A stretch of DNA of 64,000 nucleotides, from positions 64,001-128,000 of the forward strand of contig JBHLLT010000005.1 of NCBI GenBank assembly GCA_048938855.1, written 5' to 3'. A model generated the notes under the pieces. The model searched no databases. It was not told the origin of the DNA and saw only the letters and a list, made by a program, of their open reading frames with translations. Positions 19,850 through 29,948 of the stretch are shown piece by piece. The position numbers and the translations under genes were made by a program. The stretch's first letter is position 1; every line of letters starts with the position of its first letter. Origin of the DNA: Promethearchaeota archaeon. Its GTDB lineage: Archaea > Asgardarchaeota > Lokiarchaeia > Sigyniarchaeales > SOKP01.

Positions 19850-21295
19850 TCAAACAATAATTTTTTTCCAGTCTGAGAAATTGATGATCTTATTATAATT
19901 TTTTGCGATTGTTGCGAATAAAACGCAGCCAATACAGAACATATTAGCAAAATCTTCTTTTGTCAAGTTTAACAAACCACAATTTTTTTCTGAAAATCCT
20001 ATTCCACGTTCAACTTCAATTTGGCCATTATAACCCGATAAATTTACTACAAATTCTTGTTTATTTAATTTAACTTTATTAACAAATTCTTCTCGTGCAA
20101 TTCTTGCTAATCCTCCAATAGGGATAACTTCACCTTTTCGTTGAGCTAGATAGATTCGTAAATCAAAAGTATGGTTCCCTCCTTTCCAATCGATTAAGGA
20201 AAAATTAGCCATCTCTTGAATGGTGTATGGGAATGGGTCACGATTTTCCATAAATTTAGCATAAAATTCATTCTTACTTTTTTCAACTAAATTTTTAATA
20301 TTATGAAGATCTTCATCTTTTGAAATAGGTATAACTCCTGCTCCTCCAGAACCTCCACTAGGTTTAATAATAAATGATTTTTTATATTCTTTAATGAGAA
20401 AATTCAATTTTTCAACTAATTCCTTCTCACTAAATGCTTTTGTGAACAATAGGTACTTTAAATTATATTTTTTAAGTAAATCTTTACTAAAATAGCTAGC
20501 TAAATATGTTAGAGACTTATCATCAGTGATATTAAAAATAGGATTCACTAAAATTGAATTTACTTTGTGGAAATCTTGTTTAACTAATTTTAAAAATTTT
20601 TTATTGTTGAAACGTCTTGTTATACCATCTCCTATTAATACACTTACCTTTTCTCCTTTATATTTAATCCAATTATTAGAAAATGAAAGTGATTTAGATA
20701 ATTGTTTATAATCAGCAATTAAAAATACAATTTCAGCTCTAAAATATTTGTCGTAATTATCAATATTAAAAATTTTAACTGAATGTTCATTAGCTTTAAA
20801 ATAATTTCTAAAATATTCTATCATTATTATTTTTTCATGGATTAAACCATCATTAACAGGTACTCCAACTATTACAAAAATTTTGTTAACTGTATGCTTA
20901 TTTCGTATAATAGCTCGAGTAATTGCTTCAATATAACCATCATATAAAAGAGATTGTTGTTTCTTAGTAATTATTGAAAGACCTCGGTGAGATCCACCAT
21001 TGGTTTCCAAAAGAAAGAATTTTTTCCCATTAGGATCATCAGATACCATAAAATCAATGCTACCAGCATAAAATGAATCTGCATCAATTAATGTGTTATC
21101 ATTTCCGATTTCCATCATTGTTAAAGCTTTATCTCTAACGTCATCTATAAAAGTATCTTCTTGTGAGGCTCTCAAATCGGCGAATGACACCAAATCAAGA
21201 CCTAAAGATTTTCCTAAGTTGATTAATTCTAAATCTGAATCTGATATTTTTGAAGACATTAGTTTTAGGAACTTTGTGAGAAGATCCTCATCCAT
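19850..21295 (-). CDS. Circularly permuted ATP-grasp amide/peptide ligase (CP_ATPgrasp_2/COG2308-like)
   Basis: D...ExN strand pair (SIDFMV...LLETN) at the N-terminus, then VNP..DDK, IKPSGGSGGAGV, TIQE, FDLRIY, GGLARIA, VVNLS. Confidence 0.82.
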   Translation of the reverse strand: MDEDLLTKFLKLMSSKISDSDLELINLGKSLGLDLVSFADLRASQEDTFIDDVRDKALTMMEIGNDNTLIDADSFYAGSIDFMVSDDPNGKKFFLLETNGGSHRGLSIITKKQQSLLYDGYIEAITRAIIRNKHTVNKIFVIVGVPVNDGLIHEKIIMIEYFRNYFKANEHSVKIFNIDNYDKYFRAEIVFLIADYKQLSKSLSFSNNWIKYKGEKVSVLIGDGITRRFNNKKFLKLVKQDFHKVNSILVNPIFNITDDKSLTYLASYFSKDLLKKYNLKYLLFTKAFSEKELVEKLNFLIKEYKKSFIIKPSGGSGGAGVIPISKDEDLHNIKNLVEKSKNEFYAKFMENRDPFPYTIQEMANFSLIDWKGGNHTFDLRIYLAQRKGEVIPIGGLARIAREEFVNKVKLNKQEFVVNLSGYNGQIEVERGIGFSEKNCGLLNLTKEDFANMFCIGCVLFATIAKNYNKIINFSDWKKIIV

Positions 21296-21391
21296 AAATA
21301 ATTATAATTATATCAAAATTTAAAAAAATTAGTCTTATTACTCATATATAAAGATTGAAATTAGGAACTAGTTTAATAAGAAGATAAAAAA

Positions 21392-22618
21392 TTAGAGATA
21401 CAAATACCCTTGATGATTTCCTTTAATGCTTAATCTAAGAGAACCAATAAGTATTTTCTTTACCTTAAGTTGTTCCTTATAAGTCAAGTTTGAATAAAGT
21501 AAGATGTAATTCTTTTCAATATTTATTGTAAACAGAAGTCCAATTTCAATCAATTCAGATTTTTCAGTCATTAAACCAATTATTACATAATGATAAGGAA
21601 GATTAATAAGTTCATAAATATCTAACTCTTTTTCAAAAATTTGATCTGCTTCCTTATCAAATTCTGTTTTTATGAACTTAATATCATCAATAGGAATCGA
21701 AATTTTTCGGAACTCTTCAAATTTCTTAGAAAATTGGCTTTGGCGTAAAAATCTTCTTTCGTCTTTATCTTTTTCATAAAAATATTTATTTTTCTCTTTA
21801 ATTAGAAAGATCTTTCTATCTTTCCTAGTACTTGATGAAGTCTTTTCAATTGTTTGAAGTTCCTCGACTGTTTCATCCTGAAAAATTATCAAAACATCTG
21901 GATCAACTGTGTTAATAAAAAAATTTTTATAAAGGATCCCTGCCTCAGTTTTAATCCAACCATCTGTATCAATTAAAACAAAATCAATGGGCTTATTCTT
22001 GTTAACGTAGTTATCAATTAGATTCCTACATGAATGAGAAACAATGAATTTATAATCTCCTTTTGGAAAAGTAGCTCCAATAAAAATAGTTTTCTCAGAG
22101 ATAATATCTTCACTTGAAACAATAAAATCTCCGATAGAACCAATGTTTATCGTAGTGGGAATATATATTATTTGTTGACCCAGATCAGAATCAAGATATC
22201 CTCCTTTCAACCCTTCTTTTAGGAAGTGGTTTGCTAAATACTTGATAAAAGTTGTTTTTCCGCTACTAATCCCTAATACCATGATTTTAAGCTCAGCGCC
22301 TTGTTTTTGTTTTAGAATTTTTATGATAGAATCTTTTATCTCACTCCAATTTGAAGAAATCGAATTTTCTTCAATATTTACAAGATTTTCTTCAGATCTA
22401 ATATATATATCTAATTTTGATTTCTCTACAGCATAAATAGGATAACTTTGTGCACTTGGTACTATTAATACATTATTTAGATTTGATACATCGGAGGATG
22501 ATTCCTCTTTCTCGGGAGTAAGTATTTTTCCAAAAACATCGACTTTTCCCTCTAATAAGGTTAATCTTGCTGGACCTTTTACTAGTAAGGTATGTCCTTT
22601 ATTTATATTTTTAATCAT
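21392..22618 (-). CDS. Clp1/Nol9-family polynucleotide 5'-OH kinase
   Basis: N-terminal 'LLVKGPARLTLLEG.V.VFG', SGKTT, DSDLGQ, IDTDGW, RR..RQ clasp/lid. Confidence 0.87.
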   Translation of the reverse strand: MIKNINKGHTLLVKGPARLTLLEGKVDVFGKILTPEKEESSSDVSNLNNVLIVPSAQSYPIYAVEKSKLDIYIRSEENLVNIEENSISSNWSEIKDSIIKILKQKQGAELKIMVLGISSGKTTFIKYLANHFLKEGLKGGYLDSDLGQQIIYIPTTINIGSIGDFIVSSEDIISEKTIFIGATFPKGDYKFIVSHSCRNLIDNYVNKNKPIDFVLIDTDGWIKTEAGILYKNFFINTVDPDVLIIFQDETVEELQTIEKTSSSTRKDRKIFLIKEKNKYFYEKDKDERRFLRQSQFSKKFEEFRKISIPIDDIKFIKTEFDKEADQIFEKELDIYELINLPYHYVIIGLMTEKSELIEIGLLFTINIEKNYILLYSNLTYKEQLKVKKILIGSLRLSIKGNHQGYLYL

Positions 22619-22820
22619 AAATGTTTCATCTTAATTTAAAGTGTTTTAATTCTGTTATTCAATTATGATTTTCATTATTATAGGTTGTGTTATTAAAAAT
22701 AAAGAATTTATATCCAGTGAATATATTTACTAGTTTTTCTCTAATCATAATTTTAATTTTTATACAAAATTCAAATATCCTATCTTGATATTTTTAGTAA
22801 TTTATCTAAAGATAAATAAT

Positions 22821-23585
22821 TTAAGTACAAAGTTCATTAATGAATTTTATCAGTTCAGATACAATTTGTTTGTGATCTGGGCTATCTAATATTGGATGAC
22901 AGTTATTTGGAAGCCAAATTTTCTTCTTATTTCTAGATTTAATGTTATTGAAAATATATTCCATGCTTTGGCTTTTAATTTCAGAATCATTTTTTCCTTG
23001 AAATATCAAAACAGGGCAACTAATTTTGTCTAAGGATAGTTTCATCTCCTTCATTAAACCTTTTAGTTTTGTGGCAATATTTAGTGGAATCTTCTTATAC
23101 CCAACCCATTTTCCATTAGTGTCTTTAATAAATTTCTCCGAATCAACAGAATGGTATTTTATAAAAATTTTAAATAAGGGAACCAGATAAAATAAAAAAT
23201 TCTGTATTCCGATTGGAGCACTAATCGTAAAAATCCCATCTAGGTTATAATTTGCTGCTAATATCAATGCTAACACCCCTCCCATGGAATGACCCCCAAC
23301 AAACACATTTTCACATTTATTATTTAACATAGATAATTCACTATATAAAGCGGATTTCCAATCTTCAATCTGTATGTTTCTCAAATCCTTAGGTGTAGTT
23401 CCAAATCCTGGAAGTAAAGGAACAGTAATAGTAAATCCTCCTTTTGAATGTAAATCTTCTGCTAGAGGTTTCAAATCAGCACAGGTTCCACCACCTCCTC
23501 CATGTATTAAAAGAATTCCGGTATTATTTCCTCTATAATAAAATGGACCAGCACCAATTAAGATCTTTTCATTTTTCTCTTTCAA
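22821..23585 (-). CDS. Carboxylesterase (Est30/YvaK-like alpha/beta hydrolase)
   Basis: GILLIHG, LPGFGT, GHSMG, D..H. Confidence 0.9.
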   Translation of the reverse strand: MKEKNEKILIGAGPFYYRGNNTGILLIHGGGGGTCADLKPLAEDLHSKGGFTITVPLLPGFGTTPKDLRNIQIEDWKSALYSELSMLNNKCENVFVGGHSMGGVLALILAANYNLDGIFTISAPIGIQNFLFYLVPLFKIFIKYHSVDSEKFIKDTNGKWVGYKKIPLNIATKLKGLMKEMKLSLDKISCPVLIFQGKNDSEIKSQSMEYIFNNIKSRNKKKIWLPNNCHPILDSPDHKQIVSELIKFINELCT

Positions 23586-23694
23586 TATTACTCAAACATC
23601 TCAAAATAATTAGTAATTAATTAAACGACCAAAAACTTTTCAATTCAAAGAAAATTACCTTCAAAATTCCTTAATTTCCAGAATTTTTCTAGTA

Positions 23695-24222
23695 TTAACC
23701 TCTCATTTTTTTATAACAAGGAATGCACATTTCAGAGCCATTATACATCATGATCCTACTACTCATAGTAGGTTCTCCACATACCTCACAGGAGATAGAT
23801 TGTTCAACAACTGCTAACTCTGGAGGATTAAATTCGATTTCATATATATTAAATATGTCTTCAGGTTTTGAATTCAACAATAGCTGAATTTTTTCATCTC
23901 TATTTAATTTTTTATTTTCAAATTCGAGACTTTTTAGAGCTAATCTAATTCCTTTTTTAGTTCTTCTATCATAAAAATAATAATTCATCTTTCCATAATC
24001 TTTATGGACAAGATTCCCCTTCCCATATGTTGTACCTAATATTGCTTGAATTGCGTCTACACTACAGTTATCATTCTCGACAACAGCAACTAACTCTTCA
24101 TTTGGTGAATAATCAAATCCATGTTCTAAAATATATTTTGAAGCTAAAACACCAATTGTTAGGCCAGGACATATATGTCCGTGAAACCTCACAGCTTTTT
24201 CCATTAATTTACTAGCTTCCAT
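23695..24222 (-). CDS. FmdE-family protein with C-terminal zinc finger
   Basis: FHGHICPG, NCSVDAIQ, GKGN, CEVCGE...CIPC. Confidence 0.9.
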   Translation of the reverse strand: MEASKLMEKAVRFHGHICPGLTIGVLASKYILEHGFDYSPNEELVAVVENDNCSVDAIQAILGTTYGKGNLVHKDYGKMNYYFYDRRTKKGIRLALKSLEFENKKLNRDEKIQLLLNSKPEDIFNIYEIEFNPPELAVVEQSISCEVCGEPTMSSRIMMYNGSEMCIPCYKKMRG

Positions 24223-24322
24223 TTATATCCATTCAAATTTTGATTATGATTAAATATATTTTATTAAAATTAATATATTTAATTTAATTCAGAATTATTT
24301 ATTAAATGCTTAACCTTTTATT

Positions 24323-24817
24323 ATGAAATTTTTAACGGACTCAATGTTCGGTAAATTAACACGATTCCTACGTATTTTTGGATATGACACAGTGTATGCC
24401 AATGATTTAACTAATTTTTTTAATATAGATCCTGTTCCTGACGATTATTTAATTGAATATGCTGATAATAACAATAGGATTATAATAACAAAAGATTTAC
24501 CTCTTTATCAACGATATAAAGATAATAGTATCTTTATTAAAGGTGAAGGGATATATAACTACCTCAATCAACTCAATAAGCAATTTGGGTTAAATTTTGA
24601 ATTTAATTTTAAAAAAGCTAGATGTTCCATATGTAATTCAAAACTAGAAAGAGTTGAAGACAAAGCTTTAATAAAAAATGAGGTTCCTGAGGAGACTTAT
24701 AATCATTTCAATGAATTTTATAAATGTGTAAATCTTCAATGTAAAAAAGTATACTGGCAAGGGACTCATATTGAAGATATTGAATATAAATTAGGAAAAA
24801 CTTTAGAATTTGAGTAA
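24323..24817 (+). CDS. Mut7-C RNase domain protein (PIN plus Zn ribbon)
   Basis: FLTDSMFGKLTRFLRIFGYDT, RCSICN, C..KVYWQGTH. Confidence 0.92.
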   Translation: MKFLTDSMFGKLTRFLRIFGYDTVYANDLTNFFNIDPVPDDYLIEYADNNNRIIITKDLPLYQRYKDNSIFIKGEGIYNYLNQLNKQFGLNFEFNFKKARCSICNSKLERVEDKALIKNEVPEETYNHFNEFYKCVNLQCKKVYWQGTHIEDIEYKLGKTLEFE

Positions 24818-24822
24818 TTTCT

Positions 24823-25068
24823 TCACTTTTTAAAATATTTTTCTTTGATTTCTAAGAATCTTTGTTTTGTCTTTTCAGCAAGTTCAGTATAATTACCCTT
24901 TATATACATTCCATAAGCTTGGTTTAACAATTCAAGACATTTACGATATTCTACATTTTTAAAATGATTTTCAGAAAGAGATACTAAATAATCTCCTTTC
25001 TTTTTATAAAATTCTATAAATTGCTTTGAAGTATCAATTTTCTTTTCCATTCTAATCAATCTATCCAA
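24823..25068 (-). CDS. Small helical (TPR-like) hypothetical protein
   Basis: 81-aa helical ORF filling the gap; 'EYRKCLELLNQAYGMY..GNY..LAE' is TPR-like. Confidence 0.55.
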   Translation of the reverse strand: MDRLIRMEKKIDTSKQFIEFYKKKGDYLVSLSENHFKNVEYRKCLELLNQAYGMYIKGNYTELAEKTKQRFLEIKEKYFKK

Positions 25069-25138
25069 ATTTTACTTTATAAGATATTGTATGATATTAA
25101 TTATAATAACTTATTTATATTTGTTTGTAGAATATTAT

Positions 25139-26563
25139 TCAGAGAAGTTCTGATTTCTTACGAAAGTCCTCCATATTGACTACAATCCCTTTTAATCGAG
25201 ATTCATTAGCAGCAAAAGCCATTAGATGGCTTTCCAGACATTCTCTAGCATTTGTTAGAGGTTGTTCAAGGTAGGGTTTTCTTATTGACTCAAGGAATGC
25301 TTCAATTAATTTTTTATCTCCCCCACCATGCTCAACTGTTTGGAGAGATAACTTTTGATTAAAAATTACTTTTTCTTTTCCCGAATAATGATTATAGATA
25401 GTTAATTTCTTATAGGCATCATGAAATTCACCTACTAATGTTGCTTCTGTACCATCAATTCTTAAAGTCCTACCTTCTTTCTCACTGAAGCCATGTACTG
25501 TAAGATTTGCTGTAACACCATTTTCAAACTCGATATTTACTACTTGATGATCACAAACATCATTATTACAATAATAAACGCATTTACCATAAGGACTTGT
25601 TTTTAGAATCTGAATTTTTGCCTCATCAGAGAAATCTTCATCATGCTCTCTGTATAAATAATAAACCGGCCATTCACTCCAATATCGTATTCGTCTAATT
25701 AGCGAACTTATCTTAGCTAAAAAAGTTAGTAATTTAACATGGTTTTTTCTCAGATTCCCTACAAATCTCAAAATTCTATTTTTTCCTTTTTGCATAATCT
25801 GAATTATTGGTAATATGTCTACATAGGTTCTCGGAGCGTAATATTTACAACTTTCTTTTACTGGACACCCCTCTAAACAATATTTTGGTGCTCCCTTGGG
25901 AGCGTTTTCTGGTCGAAAATATAATAAACTGCCAAAAGAATTTATCTTCTTTGGTAAGGAATCTATCATCCAATATAATAAATCCAAATCATGACAAGCT
26001 TTAGCTAGAATCATCGGTGAAGATTCCTCTACTTTTGCCCAAGGTCCTCTTACATAACTATGGGCCATATGATACCATGAAATATTTTCTCGTTGTGAGA
26101 TATTAACAATATCTCCAAGGAGTTTTGATTTAATAATTTTGAAGATAGTAAAAAAAAAATCAGTATACCTTAAAACATGGCTAACTCCTAAAATTCTACC
26201 TGATTCTTCTACTTTTTGTACTATTCTAATACAATCTTTTAACTTATTTGCCATAGGTTTCTCTAACAAAACATGATATCCCTTATCCAATGCTAGTAAT
26301 GTAGGTTCTGTATGCATTTGGTCTTGCGTACAAATAAATGCAACATCTGCGAGTTTTTCTATTGAAAGTAAATCCTCCCATGATTCATAACATCGATTAG
26401 GAGGAATATTATGTAGTCTGGCAAAATTTTCACGCCTTTTTTGTATAGGATCTGCTACCGCAACAAATTTTAGTTTTTTTTTATTGTTTTTAGCATAAGT
26501 ACCATAGACATGAAAGCCTCTTCTTCCTGCTCCTAATAAAACTGCTGTAATTGTTGTATTCAC
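25139..26563 (-). CDS. Gfo/Idh/MocA-family oxidoreductase
   Basis: GAGRRG, LEKPMA, HSYVRG.W, KACHDLD, HGGGD. Confidence 0.93.
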   Translation of the reverse strand: MNTTITAVLLGAGRRGFHVYGTYAKNNKKKLKFVAVADPIQKRRENFARLHNIPPNRCYESWEDLLSIEKLADVAFICTQDQMHTEPTLLALDKGYHVLLEKPMANKLKDCIRIVQKVEESGRILGVSHVLRYTDFFFTIFKIIKSKLLGDIVNISQRENISWYHMAHSYVRGPWAKVEESSPMILAKACHDLDLLYWMIDSLPKKINSFGSLLYFRPENAPKGAPKYCLEGCPVKESCKYYAPRTYVDILPIIQIMQKGKNRILRFVGNLRKNHVKLLTFLAKISSLIRRIRYWSEWPVYYLYREHDEDFSDEAKIQILKTSPYGKCVYYCNNDVCDHQVVNIEFENGVTANLTVHGFSEKEGRTLRIDGTEATLVGEFHDAYKKLTIYNHYSGKEKVIFNQKLSLQTVEHGGGDKKLIEAFLESIRKPYLEQPLTNARECLESHLMAFAANESRLKGIVVNMEDFRKKSELL

Positions 26564-26672
26564 TACTAATACCTAGGAAATTATTTTAATAGATAAAAGA
26601 AATAAACTTGATCAAAATAATTGTATGCATTAATCAATTTAACTCTAATTTGAAATATTATTAACCAATTTC

Positions 26673-26912
26673 TTATTTACTTTTTTTAGTTTCAAATTTT
26701 TCTCTATATTTGAAAACCATTTTAGCTATTTCTCCCAAATATTCAGAGGGATTCATATCCTTTCCACATTTACTACATTTGAAATCTAACATTCCATCAA
26801 TTGAAAGTAATGTACCATTCTCACAATGAGCACATTGCTCAAATGACCATCTATCTATAATTCTTATCACATCTTCAATGAATTTTTTTTGATCTGATTT
26901 AGGCATGATCAT
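26673..26912 (-). CDS. Small zinc-ribbon protein
   Basis: CAHC...CSKCG. Confidence 0.65.
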   Translation of the reverse strand: MIMPKSDQKKFIEDVIRIIDRWSFEQCAHCENGTLLSIDGMLDFKCSKCGKDMNPSEYLGEIAKMVFKYREKFETKKSK

Positions 26913-26988
26913 TCACTTATTATTATAGACTAAATTATTGGTATTTTAATTTTTTTTTTAAAAATAATAGCCACTATCGAATTTTCAT

Positions 26989-28104
26989 TTAAGATTTTAG
27001 AATTCTAGGAATAAATCCTTCAAGTAGTAGAATATCAAGTAAAACATTTGCAATCATTGCCTCTACAACAGGAATTACCCTAGGTACAATACATGGGTCA
27101 TGTCGTCCTGAAAATTGTATATCTACATTCTCTTTTGTCTCAATATTAACCGTTTTCTGAGAAAGTCCTATGGATGCAGCCGGTTTAACTGCAACAGTAA
27201 ATTCAATGGGCATACCAGTTGAAAGTCCTCCAATAATTCCCCCAGCATCATTCTTAGTTGTTTGAATTTTTCCATTCTTTATAATCCAAGGATCATTATG
27301 TTCAGATCCTTTCATTTTAGCAGCATTAAAACCTGCTCCAAATTCAATACCCTTTATTCCTGGAATTGCAAATATAAATTTACTGATGTTCGCTTCAATA
27401 CTATTAAATACAGGTCCCCCCATCCCAGCTGGGAAATTTATAATTATACATTTTATAGTCCCCCCAATAGAATCATTATTCTTTTTAACACCCTTAATTA
27501 ATGATTCCATTGATTTAGATATTTCTTGATCAACAGCTCCAATAATAGATTTTTCTCTTAATTCAAATAATTTATTCATCTCATTAGGGAGGTATTCTCT
27601 TTTATCAACAATGTCTCCTATACTTTTGGTGTATGCAAAAATCTCAATTCCATACTTTTTTAAAATCAGTTTAGCGATTGCTCCTGCCATGACAAATCCA
27701 GCAGTAATTCTTCCTGAAAAACGACCTGATCCTCGTAGATCAGAAAAGCCATGATATTTTTTTAATGCAGGATAATCAATATGGGAAGGACGTAAAAATT
27801 TTCGATATGTTTCATAAATTGATGAATCAATGTCAGTATTTTCTATAATTAAACAAATAGGAGCTCCTGTTGTTTTGTTTTCAAAAATACCTGATAGAAC
27901 TTTTACTCTATCTTCTTCATGACGAGGAGTTGTTAAATGTGAGCGTCCCGGTCTTCTCCTATCCATTTCACTTTGGATATACTTTAAGTCAAAATCTAAT
28001 CCGACAGGTACCCCATCTACTATAATACCTATTAAGTCTCCATGACTTTCTCCGAAAGATGTAATTCTAAAAATATTGCCGATTGAATTATCCAAATTTT
28101 TCAC
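26989..28104 (-). CDS. aroC: Chorismate synthase
   Basis: FGESHG, RRPG, RPSH.D, SGR.TA, GG..GG.S.G, GRHDPC. Confidence 0.97.
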   Translation of the reverse strand: MKNLDNSIGNIFRITSFGESHGDLIGIIVDGVPVGLDFDLKYIQSEMDRRRPGRSHLTTPRHEEDRVKVLSGIFENKTTGAPICLIIENTDIDSSIYETYRKFLRPSHIDYPALKKYHGFSDLRGSGRFSGRITAGFVMAGAIAKLILKKYGIEIFAYTKSIGDIVDKREYLPNEMNKLFELREKSIIGAVDQEISKSMESLIKGVKKNNDSIGGTIKCIIINFPAGMGGPVFNSIEANISKFIFAIPGIKGIEFGAGFNAAKMKGSEHNDPWIIKNGKIQTTKNDAGGIIGGLSTGMPIEFTVAVKPAASIGLSQKTVNIETKENVDIQFSGRHDPCIVPRVIPVVEAMIANVLLDILLLEGFIPRILKS

Positions 28105-28185
28105 ATCAGTTATGGATTAATTAAACCATGGTTTAACATGATTATTTAATTAATATTATATCTATTATTTTCTATTTATTAGTTA

Positions 28186-29502
28186 ATGAATTTGAAAATT
28201 AATCCAATGACTAGTAGTTTAAATGGTGAGATCACTGCACCAGGATCTAAAAGTTATTCACATAGAGCCTTTATTGCTGCTAGTCTTGCTGAGGGAATTT
28301 CTATTATTAAAAATCCCTTATCCAGTGGAGATGTTGCTTACACACTAAAAATCTTAGAATTACTAGGAATTAAAATTTTAAGAAAAAGCAAAAACACATT
28401 CATTATTAAGCGGAGTAAAGAAGCATATAAAAAATTCAAAAAGCCTTTGGATTGTGGAAATTCTGGAACGACGATACGAATCTTCAGCGCTTTAAGTTTG
28501 ATTATTGATGGAGGACTTACATTAAAGGGGGAGTTCTTAAGACTTAAGAGACCAATAATCCCGTTATTGAATTCATTACGCCAATTAGGCGCTGAGTTCA
28601 AATTAACAAACAAAAAACTTAAAATTAAACGAGTACAAGAAATTTGTGATAAGGTTCAAATTCAAGGAGACTTAAGTTCCCAGTTCATAACAGCTTTGCT
28701 TATCTTAAGTCCTTTATTAAAATGTAAGAATAAAGATTCCATTGAAATAGAATTAACATCTCCTTTAGTTTCAATACCATTTGTACAAATTACTTTGGAT
28801 GTGCTAGAAGCATTTGGTATAAATGTACAAGCTAATTTTGAGTCTGGAAAATTTTTCATAACAACTGAACAAGGTTATCGTTCCCAATCTTACGATGTAC
28901 CTGGAGATTTTTCTTCAATGGCAAACATTATTGTGGCAATAGTATTGTCAAAAAAACCATCATCAGTAATTATTAATAATCTTTTATTTGAAAATAAGCA
29001 AGGAGACAAAAAAGTAATTGAAATCCTTGAGAAGATGGGAGCAAATATCGAAATTAACAGAAATAATAATCAGATTATCATACGAGGGGGATCAACAAAA
29101 AATTTGCTAAAAGGGATTGAGATTGACTGTACCGAAATTCCCGACTTATTTCCAATCTTATCTGTTATCGGAGCTTTTGCTGAGGGAAAGACCGTCCTTT
29201 ATAATGCATCTAATCTCCGATTAAAAGAATCTGATAGAATAACTAATATGGCAGGAGAACTAAGGAAAATGGGAGTTAAGATTATTGAAGAAGATGATAA
29301 ATTAACGATCTTCCATTGTGATAAACTCAATGGAATTTTAATAAACCATAGTAATGACCACAGAATTGCAATGGCATGTAGTATAGCAGCTTTATATGCA
29401 GATTCTAGCTCAGCCATTCAAAGAAGTGAAATAGTAAACGATTCATATCCCACTTTCTTTAACGATCTGAAAAATTTAGGTGTTCAAATAGAAATAGATT
29501 AA
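28186..29502 (+). CDS. aroA: 3-phosphoshikimate 1-carboxyvinyltransferase (EPSP synthase)
   Basis: PGSKS.SHRA, CGNSGT, SSQF, RLKESDR, DHRIAM. Confidence 0.97.
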   Translation: MNLKINPMTSSLNGEITAPGSKSYSHRAFIAASLAEGISIIKNPLSSGDVAYTLKILELLGIKILRKSKNTFIIKRSKEAYKKFKKPLDCGNSGTTIRIFSALSLIIDGGLTLKGEFLRLKRPIIPLLNSLRQLGAEFKLTNKKLKIKRVQEICDKVQIQGDLSSQFITALLILSPLLKCKNKDSIEIELTSPLVSIPFVQITLDVLEAFGINVQANFESGKFFITTEQGYRSQSYDVPGDFSSMANIIVAIVLSKKPSSVIINNLLFENKQGDKKVIEILEKMGANIEINRNNNQIIIRGGSTKNLLKGIEIDCTEIPDLFPILSVIGAFAEGKTVLYNASNLRLKESDRITNMAGELRKMGVKIIEEDDKLTIFHCDKLNGILINHSNDHRIAMACSIAALYADSSSAIQRSEIVNDSYPTFFNDLKNLGVQIEID

Positions 29503-29513
29503 TATTTATTATT

Positions 29514-29924
29514 TTATCTGAATGATTTTTGGCGACGAGCTCTTGGTTTTTTACCACCAAATTTTTTCGGCTCTGTTCTTCTTGAATCACCAGATAATAA
29601 TGAATCATCATATTCTCTGAAGGTTTTCTCAATTGCTTTCGTACCAATAAACTTATTAATAGATTTAGCAATTGCTATCCGAACGGCATCTGTTTGGCCC
29701 ATGATTCCCCCTCCCTTCACTTTAACATTAATATCACACTTTTCAAGTTTAGGATGATTAATAATTTCTAAAACCTCTTGAATTCTTAATCTTGCGATTT
29801 CAGGCCCATAGAGCTGCAAAAGTACATTATTTATCTTCACTTGACCTTTTGCAGGGTGTTTTAAAACAGCTCTGGCGATAGCAGCTTTCCTTTTTCCAGA
29901 TGTTTGAATTACCTTCATTGACAT
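29514..29924 (-). CDS. rps9: 30S ribosomal protein uS9
   Basis: GKRK.A.ARA, GGG..GQ, D.RR.EPKKFGG..RARRQKS.R. Confidence 0.97.
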   Translation of the reverse strand: MSMKVIQTSGKRKAAIARAVLKHPAKGQVKINNVLLQLYGPEIARLRIQEVLEIINHPKLEKCDINVKVKGGGIMGQTDAVRIAIAKSINKFIGTKAIEKTFREYDDSLLSGDSRRTEPKKFGGKKPRARRQKSFR

Positions 29925-29948
29925 TTATTAAACCTCAATTTGACTATT

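Noticed and set aside
19849-19950. ORF-track start of the M14 peptidase overlapping the ligase by ~100 bp
   Set aside because: The ATG at 19848 directly follows the ligase stop and is more plausible.
19850-21295. Calling the ligase a true tubulin-tyrosine ligase orthologue
   Set aside because: It shares FDLR and DF..LLExN with TTL, but the permuted order and GGLxR/VVN motifs fit CP-ATP-grasp type 2 better; no tubulin gene is in the window.
23695-24222. FmdE as evidence for a formylmethanofuran dehydrogenase operon
   Set aside because: Stand-alone FmdE-family genes are widespread, and no fwd/fmd catalytic subunits are nearby.
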